Origin: Gonapodya sp. JEL0774
Taxonomy: Eukaryota
Reading direction: 5' to 3'
Assembly (NCBI GenBank): GCA_027604505.1
Contig: JADIIX010000053.1
Coordinates: 62,001 to 126,000 of the forward strand
Length of the DNA: 64,000 nt
The notes beneath the pieces are model-generated. The model had not been told where the DNA came from and did not search any database. It was given only the letters and a program-made list of their open reading frames with translations. A program made the translations under genes and the position numbers. Of this stretch, positions 12,926 through 22,529 are shown piece after piece; the stretch's first letter is position 1, and each line of letters opens with the position of its first letter.

Positions 12926-15900
12926 ATGGACGGAGAAGGGGGGAATGCAGGTGCCCTGAATCAAGACAAGGACAAGAGGAGCATGGACGGTAGCGCAGAT
13001 TCCGTTCCTGGTTCGCATGGATCGCAGGACAAAGGCGATGCAACTCGCGTCGAACTAATATGGCGATCAGAGACACCGAAACAGATGCTACAGATGCCAC
13101 AGCCACCGCAAACACCACCTAGGGTTGGTCCGGGGGAGAAGGTATCTGCATGCACCGAATCCATGGTTTCTGCGCCGCAACTTCCCACAGCGGGATCGCT
13201 CGACGACCTAATGGAAATGCGAAGACTTGCTCCATTGAATGGAGGAATTGGTGGAACCGGTGGTCTCATGGGCTCATTATCGCCGGGTGGTCAATCTTCG
13301 TCCGGTCAGCATTACAACCAGGTGATGCATATCCAGCCACAAAGCCAACAAATTCAGCATGGGCAGCAGATGCAAAGCTTGAGCAACAGGAACAACCTGA
13401 TGCCGCCGCCGCCACCGCACTCGTCCCCTCTTCGCCCCGTACCACAGTACCAACCAGCCCCTGCAAGCTCACAACACTCTCAACGATATTCCCAAAGCCA
13501 GTACCCTCCTTTGCCCCTCTCTTCATCGCGACCCCCAGTGTATCCGTCCAGTGAGCATCTCGCAAATCCACATACGCACCAAACTCACTTCACTCACCCT
13601 CGCTCGCCTTCGGTGGCGCTCGCATCTACAGGAGACCACATCAATGCTTTAACTCCCTTAGGCGCTGCGGCTGGGCCGTCACAAGTCATGTCGACCACCG
13701 CGTCGACTTCTGCTATCACTCCTTTGTCACCTGGGCGCAGTCCATCTGTGAACACAAGCTCACCGACTTACAGTAATGGTAGTAGCATGCCAGTCTCAAA
13801 TGCTGGGGCAGGTGAAAATGGTGTCACGGAGGGGTTGATTGTAGGACAAGCGCGGATGACATCCCCTACCCTGTATCCCTCACTTGTCCCACCTCGACCA
13901 GTTAACGATGCTGGAGATGGTGGGTCAAGTACTCTGGATTATATTGATGGTGGGCCTAGCGCAGACGGAATGGGGAGAGTGTCATCCCCCGCATCCGGAC
14001 AGAATTTCCCAATCCACCCTCCATCCCCATCTCGGAGTCACGTTTTCGGTCAAACCACTCCATCTTCGGCTTCTGCATCCCCCGCTCCTTACCTTTCTTC
14101 GCAAGTCGACCTTTCAACTCACTTGCTTCAATCTCCCAGCCGGGAATCTGGCCTTGCTAAATCAACGACTGCTCGTTCTCCGTATCCACAGTTCAGTTCT
14201 AACAGCCAACAACAACATCTATCTCAGTCACCCTTGCGTCAATCACTCCAGCATCACCCTCCACTGGCTCAAGCACAATCCCCAGGCAAGGGTTCGCTCC
14301 AACAAGTGCATCACTCGTATCAAAGTCACCAGACCCAGCAGATGCATGCATCACAACAGCAGCCATTTTATGCGCAGCAATATATGCAATCACAGCAAGC
14401 TACACAGCCGCACTTGCCAATGCAGTATGCTCAACAACAGCAGTTCTCCCCGCATTACTCATCACAGCACCACCAACAACAAATGCAGTACGCAAATCAT
14501 CAGCAACAGCAAATGCAATACGCGCAGCAACAGCAAATATTCGCAAATCAGTTCTACTACTCCTCAACTACCTCCGGAGCCACTGGAGCAGGTCCGCTGA
14601 TGGTTCCACCGTCTCAAGCGCTGCCCTTGCCGTTAGGAGTAGGAAGTGGGATCCCTGTGGGCGGCTTAAGTGTTCCACCATGCCCCGCCAGCTCGGCTGG
14701 ACCTGGTGGCCAGGAACAAACGAGGCGACCTTCCATCTCTACCGCAATCGTTCCCCAAGGGATCACCGGTCCATCACTTGTGAGTTTTGCTCACGGGACT
14801 GCCTCCGCCGGTGTTACCTCAGTGTCAGGACCCATGAGCTTTAGTGCTATGAACGGCTCCACGCTCGCCGGTGCAGCGCCTCCTGGATACGGACATGTTA
14901 CTGGCCCATCACGGGGATCCAGCGACGGGACCGGTGGCGCTGTTTCCCACGGGCGGACGGGAAGCACTCATGGGAGCATTCGAGAGGTATGTGAGAGCAA
15001 ACGTGGTATGTTGGCTTAGTGACGTCAATGTTCGGACATTTTTCATGAACTCGTTCTGATTCGCTTGAACTCTTTCAGCCCTCCCCGGCCCAATCCCACC
15101 AAACCCCAAACAATCCGCGCCCTCCCACGCCATCAACCTATGCCCACCACACGGTCACGTATTCACCTTCCCGTCCGAACCCCTCTGCCTTTTCATCTTT
15201 TGGCGCGGTCGTTGCTCCTGTAGTTCCGTCTTCTCCTGGTCGTTACCAAAGTCACTCCAGCGAGCAGTTCGGAGCTGGAGTGGGTCCAATGTCGGGTCTA
15301 GTTCCCTTTTCACATCCTTGGATCGGTTCGGCTACCCAACCAAGTGCTCAACCCGTGACATCCCGATCTGGCAGTGGGCTTGATTTTCTAATGAATGCTG
15401 TGGATTTGGATCGGAGTGGTGGTTACTCGTCAGCACCGGGTGTGCGAAAAACGAGTGATGCACAAGCGGGGCAGGATTTGGAAGTAGGAAGCCAGATGGG
15501 AATGGGAATGGAGGACGTGAGTTTTGAATTTGAACACTCAATCGTGTTTCCTCTTTCATGATTTTTTGTCTTGCTTTTCTACCGCCCAGCAACTGCCTCC
15601 TCCACACTTACCTATCCAACCTTTTACATCGTCTTCCTCAAAGGCGCCAGTTCCCCCATCTGTCCCACTGGCAAAGAAGCCGCGTCGACCAAAGGCCGAC
15701 CTCCTTCTTCTCGACGACGTGCACCGAATGGGAGCTTTCAGCTCTGCTACTTTAGGCTCCCGGCGGAGCGGGAGCGGCGGATGGGGATCCGGAAAGTCGG
15801 GGGGAGATTACAGAATTGAAGATGAAGATTGGGAGCAGCCAGGTACAGTGAGCTCGGGTGGGTATGGTGTAGGAGGACAAGGAGGAGCATCTGGGTATGT

Positions 15901-17692
15901 CAATCCTAGTGGCGTTAAGAAGCAATCTGGGGGAAAGCGGCGACGAGTGGGGGGCGGGTCGTTGTGGGCAGAATCGGGGGAGGACGAAGATGGTTTAGGA
16001 GAAGAGATCTACCACCGCCGCAATATCTCTCATTCCAAGGCAAGGGGTGTAACGCCTACCTACTCTGCTTCGGCGTCTTCAACTTCCTCTGGAACTTGGC
16101 AGGGATTCGCCGGTTCGACGCCGAATGGTGCTCAGATATCTTCCGACGTCGCATGGGTTTACGCTCCTGGATCTTCTCAGCCACCGCCTGCAGCGACGTT
16201 ACCGCAAACAGTAGTGGAGAGTTTGGGAGAGTTCGGAGAAGGCGTTGTTGTCGTTCCGGTTGACGGACAGCAAGGCTGCCCAATCTGTGGGGACGTTGGG
16301 GTGGACGAGTGGGTGGGATGTGACGGTTGCGAAAAATGGTATCACTTTGGGTGAGGATTAGGTTGTTATGACTGATTCGGAATTGTCATTGGAGTACTCA
16401 AATTTCCTGTCCCATCCTCCTCCCAGCTGTGTATCCATGACAGCTCGCCTCGCTTCCGCAGCAGACAAGTGGTACTGCCCAGCTTGTCATATCCGCCCAG
16501 AAGGTGGTCTCGTTACGATCTGGAAAGAGGCTTGCTCGAACCCTCAGTGTCCAGCTCAGCACCCCTCCTTGCGTTCCTTGCCACCACTCGAGGATTCTTC
16601 TGTATCAGGAATGGTGGTCGAGGAGACGAGCAAATACTGTTCGGAGAGATGTGGCATAGATGTAGCGAAGAAGGTGCTCGAGGAGGGGAGGAGAACGCTC
16701 GTAAGGGAGGAGGTGAAACGGAGAGTTGCAAAGGAGAAAGAAGATATAGAAGAGGAGTATTTGAGAAAGATAGAAGAGGCGGGCCTTGTGAGGTCAAAAT
16801 TCGCATGGCTGGACGGGAATGGCGTTCCGCTAGAGAGCGAACACGGGGAGGATACTTTCGGGGAGGAGGAAGATGGGAAATGGACAACAAAATTGGACGA
16901 CAAGGATTTGGCAGAACTCAGGGTAATCAAGAACAAGAAGGACACGTGCAAACGTCTCGGATCCGAGGCAATGGAAAGATTTGTGAGTCCCTGAGCGGTT
17001 CCCAGATTGTTGCAGGTGGTGATGGTTCCAGCTCGATATCGACTCACAATCTACGATCGTAGGAACTTTTCGCTGACTACGTTCTGAAAGTCCATGATCA
17101 CAACGAAAATCTTGTAGCCACCAACTTTTACCCAATGTGCGGTTTCGACCAAACCGTTATTTCCATACTAGATGGCACCGTCAGTTTTGCAGATGGTTCA
17201 TACGAAGCACGATTTGTGAATCCAGATGCAGCAAAGTTTGCCGCTACGGCAGCGGTTACTCTAGTGCCTATTGAGGGAGCACACGGGGAGACGAACGAGG
17301 ACGAGGACCAATCCAATGATGCCAATGGACACGTGGAATCTGCACCTACTCCGCTTTTTCCTGTACCATACACAGCATGTCGGTTCCCGCCGACCCGTTG
17401 CCCACGACACGTTGGTTGGGAGACGCTCAAGCGAGAGGAGCTGGAACTAGTTGTGACCAATCTCGCTGACGAGCTCGAAGACCTCAGAGAGGAGGAGACT
17501 GAGGTGTTGGCAAGGATTGGCAAGCGTGCTTGGGATGTTGGTGAATGCAGCGCTGGTATGAGAGATGGGGATGGGTTGAGAAGAGGGGAAATGCGGGAGA
17601 TAGAGGCTGAAGTGGAGGTTGTGAGAGTCGTTACTGTGAAGATTGAGGAAAGGAAAAGGGGAAAGAAGAAGATCGGAGTGGTCCCAAGATGA
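12926..17692 (+). CDS. SPP1: COMPASS subunit Spp1/Cps40 (CFP1-like PHD protein) with long low-complexity N-terminus
   Basis: PHD finger CPICG..WVGCDGCEKWYHF|CV..KWYCPAC, then SKYCSERCG, MCGFD and CPRHVGWE followed by a coiled coil. The link to the Q/P/S-rich 5' exons is inferred from splice sites. Confidence 0.8.
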
Positions 17693-17824
17693 AACGACCT
17701 TGGCAGACAATTGCAGTTGTGCAATGTTAATATACCCCCACAATCTTAATGCCATCCACACATGATCACGCTACAAGGTTCACCCGCAGTACGCGACCAG
17801 CAAGGACACACGGAGTACAGTGAG

Positions 17825-18046
17825 TCAGTTGCTTGCAACCCAATTCATGAATGGTGAGCTCTTGGTTCGGGGTCTCCAAATGCGCACGAAAGAGAAGGTA
17901 CCACTGTTCGCTGTTATTGGTTTACGTATCATGTATCCCACATAGTAAAACGTGATACATATGATAGTTCCAAAGATAACATCTCGCGCAACATTCCAAA
18001 CGTCGCAGTGTAGATACAAGCATATTCCGGGGGGAAGAATGCTCAA
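17825..18046 (-). pseudogene. Hydrophobic membrane-protein-like gene fragment
   Basis: ILPPGICLYLHCDVWNVARDVIFGTIICITFYYVGYMIRK has no ATG and abuts the repeat fragment at 18046. Confidence 0.3.
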
Positions 18047-18220
18047 AACGTCTAGATAGATGCAACCTAGATGCTGATTAAGGGTTTCGGTCTAGGATTC
18101 TATTGCGCCAAAACGTCTAGATTTAGGTGGAATTTGGTAGAGACTGCTATAATAGAGTCATTTTGGTATAGATCCTAACAAACCCTAGTTAGATCTTCCC
18201 AGAAAATCTCCGGCCGTGTA
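18046..18220. mobile_element. Terminal fragment of a putative DNA transposon with TAGAT/CTAG subterminal repeats
   Basis: AAAACGTCTAGAT occurs twice (~18046 and ~18110) with several further (C)TAGAT motifs. The stretch ends CCGGCCGTG-TA, i.e. TA|CACGGCCGG on the minus strand. The other end was not found. Confidence 0.4.
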
Positions 18221-18226
18221 GTCAGC

Positions 18227-18345
18227 CTCAAGCTACATCAGGCCAGACCAACCCTGAACCAGGTCCCGACCTGGAGGTTGAAGGCCCAATGTAGAATCCT
18301 CCCCTTGCGAGGATAAAGACCTGTATGACAGCAGGAATCTCAAGC
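18227..18345 (-). ncRNA. Putative omegaRNA (Fanzor guide RNA) scaffold
   Basis: Minus-strand UCCUC-GCAA-GGGGA hairpin (18313-18300) plus a nested 62-nt hairpin at 18294-18233 with 12+7+6 bp stems. Its mismatches are G-U pairs only on the Fanzor strand. The 5' boundary is uncertain. Confidence 0.65.
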
Positions 18346-18487
18346 AATGAGACAATTTGATGGTGAAAGGAGAGTAGGAACAGTGACACTACAGTTTGGA
18401 TCAAAAGGTTTTCGAACCATCAGATAGTTTACTCTCCACCAAAAGATTTATTGGAATTCGCACTCTCTGTTCCTCCCAAAGGTATAC

Positions 18488-18903
18488 TCACAGATGTGCA
18501 GATGTGTTTAGCGGTGGAAGAGTCCAGGGTGAGTGATAACTGATATCACTGGTTGCATTGGTCTCAAAGAACAGGTAAAGGATGTTTTGGGCAGCATTCC
18601 TGTCTCTATTCCAAGTGATTCCACACTGAGCATTGCCACACAATCTGGAGAGAGGTCAAACAATCAATGTCAATTGCTGATGATGGTATCATATTTGGAG
18701 ACTTTGATCCCAAGATCGCGAGAATACACTCACTTGACTCCCCAGTGTCTTTGCTTTGTGCCTTCTTCCTTGGGGAAAAAGGTCTGGCATCTGGAGCATG
18801 TACGAGAGGTACGAAACTCATCAATGAGCACAACTGTAATGCCACACATGGCGAAGAAGCGCTTCATCATTTTATTTGGTGATGATTTATGGCCTCTGCT
18901 AAC
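18488..18903 (-). pseudogene. Fanzor (eukaryotic TnpB) C-terminal part: RuvC-II, zinc finger and RuvC-III in two exons
   Basis: Exon 18903-18734, intron 18733-18645 (GTGAGT..CTCCAG) and exon 18644-18488 give VSRGHKSSPNKMMKRFFAMCGITVVLIDEFRTSRTCSRC..HWGVKLCGNAQCGITWNRDRNAAQNILYLF. RuvC-I was not found. Confidence 0.85.
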
Positions 18904-19494
18904 CTGTAAACCCAAACATTCAAGCTAAACTCGAATATCTCTGCAAAGGTGCTTCACATTGTAAATCTGTTTGAATTTCAACCTAAACTTGTCCCCCACG
19001 ATCTTTACCTCAGGGTTGATGAACCTTCGGCCGGTTTCCGACGTGGACGCAACAGGTTGGAGTTTTCAGAAGGGTATTCTTCCACTGTTATTATAAGGGG
19101 CATCCATGTATCCGCGCATCATTGTCATTCTCGACGCTCCTCATCATACTGGAAATGGGGTGATGTTGGAGGCGGAGACAGGGAGGGGAACAAGGGCGCG
19201 CCCATGGTTTCCATGGTGGAGGTAGAGCCGTAGAGGAGTTGAAGGAGTGAGGGTGGGTGGGACGGTGGTAACGCTGTCTGGGAGGGGCGACCTTGGAACT
19301 TTTCAATTTTCAATTAAATCATTGGTATCGTTTATCAGCATTGTCTTTGACCTTTGACAGAATAAAGTTGACTGTCAGAATTGTCTTTATCTCAACATTA
19401 GACAGATGAAACACTACTATTCCCAGGTTTTTTAGTTGCAGTTGAGAGACTGCATTTTACACGATCAAAGATCTTGTGACCTGATGTGTATATA

Positions 19495-19968
19495 CGACTC
19501 CGGAAAGACCGAGCATCAGCATGAAGAGCTGCAGCCGGTGGCAATAAAAGTGAGTCGAAGTAGCTCTGGCTCGCGCTACAAAAACCGAAGAACTGTGAAA
19601 ATGAAGTTCGGTAGAGTGTGCGAGCTGTTTGCGGTCACCTGCCAGAGTAGGTGGGGGCAAACCTTCAATATTCGAATGCAAAGGAATACCACCATTGCGG
19701 GACTATCAGCGAAAGATGCTCACTGCGAAGTGATGCGCAGTGAGCAAGCTTTGTCGAGAAACGCACAATAACGGAGTTCAGAATCAAGAAAAGCGAGTAT
19801 AAGAGGATCGGAACACCTTATTTGGACAGGATGTGCGACTCCCGAAAGACCGGAAGCCCAGCATTCAAATCAAGAGCCGGTGGCAATTGATAAAGTCCTC
19901 AGTCTCTCTCGCTCACGTTACAAAAGCCGAAACATCAAGGAGATGGTCTGCGGTAGAGTGTGCGAGCT
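19495..19968 (+). repeat. Two diverged ~130 bp direct repeats about 341 bp apart
   Basis: 19495-19626 and 19836-19968 share CGACTCC.GAAAGACCG, AGCCGGTGGCAAT and CGGTAGAGTGTGCGAGCT. Confidence 0.8.
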
Positions 19969-20275
19969 CCTTTTGTGCAATGGCACACTCCAAAGGATGA
20001 TGGAGCCTTTCAAGGACGAGTGAATGGTCGCATCAACCAATAGAACATCCATGAACGATGCCGAAACTTCAGATCTCAAAAGAGCGCTCCTGGGGAGAGA
20101 ACAGTACGTGTTCTTCATGGGGAAAGGGAAGTTGAAAGGGAAATGGAGAAACTGCCCGCCAGCCACTACACCGGGAACCCCATGCTGGCCGTGCCACCCA
20201 TTTTGTAAAACGCAGACTGATTCGTCTGGCGTCTCAGACGTTTTGTATGCAAATATAATCACCACAGCGTTCGAG

Positions 20276-22462
20276 ATGGCAAACATGATTGCTCATCGAT
20301 CGATTCGGGTCATTGCGGGTCAGGGATCATCCCTGGAGAGAATTGGTTCACCGAGCCTGTTGTGGACTCCGCGCCTGCAGGCGTTTTTAGCCAGGAGCCA
20401 ACGATCGCACTCCGGATCTATTTCCTTCGCGAACTCCCTCAGAGCATCACGTGCTCTCCCTGCCGCAGCTGTTGCACGAGCAGTTGGAACGCGAGATTTC
20501 GTCCAATGGGACTCGCACCAAGTCGCTGTATGGGCATTTCAAGAAACTGACGGTGAGGTTTTAGCGCAAAGTAACCTACTGGGAAATAAGTTCACTGGGG
20601 TGGCGAATTTTCTAGATCCTGCCGTCCTTGAATTCTTTGCTCAGAAGATGAGATTAAACGGAGAGTCTTTGCTCCGACTGGTTGAAAAGGCAAGAACAAA
20701 GGAGGTAAGCAAACTTCTTTTGACGCAGTTTTAATTCAAGGTGAAACTTCCGAGGCAATTTAAGATCGAAGTACAAATGCGCTCGCATGGAATTCAATTC
20801 GCCGATGTTAAGCTTGATATTCTTCGTGATGCATTACGAGAAATAAAGCAGGGACCTAAAGGTAAAGCCCCACTGAGTGCATCGGAAGGTGAGGTATTTA
20901 TGTATTAAGGGTGCTGTATTAGATCTCCTGGAGTGCACTGCTGCGATCCAGAACTGAAGTGGGGCTGGATCTTCTCTCAAATCCAATGTCTTCTCACTCA
21001 CACTTGCACCCGCGTACAGGCCCCCTAACCGTTCAATTCGCATCGTACCAGCACGTCTCAAGCGACCGCAACCAACCCTTCAGCCGCAAATATTCCGGTA
21101 CATATTATTCCATTCGACTGCAGGACCAATCCTCGTTTGTAGAGTTTCTGAGGTCGGAGGGAGCCATCGGAGTCAGTCCTGGCCCTGGTGTAGAGGTGAG
21201 GTTTCGTTCCTGTCACCAGCCCGATATGAGGGCCGATATGTCCATCCATTGCTCCTCATACGGCTTGGGTTTATTCGTTTCATTGTCACAGCCTCTTCTC
21301 ACCCATATCACGGACCTCCGCGACGGGGAGACTTATGTCACCGTTCTCCCTGGTGGTAGCAATGTTGCTGAATGTAGGTCATTAAGAGCATGATTTGCTC
21401 TTCTCAAATGTGATCGGTGGTATCCACAAAACCTCTCATTTCTTAGCGTGGCTCTCTATTCGTTCGTCGTCTCTCAAACTCCTCCTCACCTCTCAACTTT
21501 CTAATCTGCTCAACCTGTCCTCACCTCTTGAGATCTCGACTGCGCGTGACGGTGTCTACATCCCCCGCAAGAATGGAACATCCACACACGATGCGAAACC
21601 GAATGAGGACTATGAATGGGTACCATTGCACGCTATTCTAGAATCGGAAGGAGCAGTGGTGCTTAATTGGCACGTTGGATCAGGAGGGCTTAGCGAGGTA
21701 AAAATTCGGCGATAAATTCACTCTTGTGGGATTGCGTTATGGCTCTTTCTTATCTCGCAGACTACTCTGCCAGATATCCTTGGCCGCCTGAACACGTTAC
21801 GACGATTTGTCACAGAATCAGCACATTACTCCAAATGGCTCGCCGATCGGATGCTGGTAATTGTGCTGAGTGCAGATGAGCTTTCTGTTGGTGTGCGGAG
21901 GCGCCTTATGAAGTGAGCTGTGCTCGAGGCTCATTTTGCGACGGGGCCAAAGTTTGGTTGCTGATGGATTCATCTTGTCGCAAGAACCCCTGACCACCCC
22001 GTGAATTTCATCGCGTACTGGAATAATTTTGATCACCGCTGGCTTTTGGAAGGGAACAGGCTCAAAGACACGGCTGTGGTGGATGTACCGGATACAAGTG
22101 ATGCGTCACCACCTCCCACCGATGCCACCGACGAACCCCACAGGTTGATCGAGGGGAATAGTGAGACAAATGGCGATGGCTTAGCTAATGAGGACACGCT
22201 TGTGACAATGAACGAAGGGGGTAGTTCTGCCAGTTCTGCGCCGGAGTCCAGCAATGCGGAAACCCCAGTTCGATCTCTTCTCCGCGATGCAGCTGATCTT
22301 ATTCGCAAACCCTCCATGGCAGATTTCTCTGGTCCAGTGCCTCGTACTTCCGCTTACGACAAGCGTGATGAACAACGGGATTCCGCATCCGCCGAAGAGG
22401 TCGAAGGATGGGTGCGATGGAAACAAGATTCAGGGAGGGAAGGGGGAAGTAATATACCTTAG
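20276..22462 (+). CDS. Multi-exon protein with SAM-like domain and Arg/Ser/Ala-rich N-terminus
   Basis: WDSHQVAVWA..RLNGESLLRL..MRSHGIQF..LRDALREIK resembles a SAM fold. GT-AG introns start near 20704, 20862, 21196, 21698 and 21912. The gene model is approximate. Confidence 0.5.
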
Positions 22463-22529
22463 ATAGATTTTCGTTACAAACAAAAACACGCACAATAATA
22501 TTCGCGTCGCACACGGCAGAAACAAAGGA

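Larger units (their letters stand above)
18227..19395 (-). mobile_element. Internally deleted Fanzor-encoding transposon (non-autonomous relic)
   Basis: Contains Fanzor C-terminal exons, a 3' structured RNA and an inverted repeat GATAAAGACnnnTnTGACAG at 19391-19372 (-) and 18312-18331 (+). TTGAG (minus strand) occurs at both ends, and CpG is depleted. Confidence 0.75.

Noticed and set aside
18533..18928. Plus-strand 131-aa and 71-aa ORFs
   Set aside because: Antisense to the Fanzor exons, which carry the conserved motifs and splice sites.
19119..19127. In-frame TGA codons as selenocysteine
   Set aside because: No redox motif or SECIS-like element was seen. CpG decay of CGA explains them more simply.
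18227..19395. Calling this copy an active, complete Fanzor
   Set aside because: No RuvC-I aspartate motif or N-terminal lobes, stops in the first exon, and incompatible splice phases.
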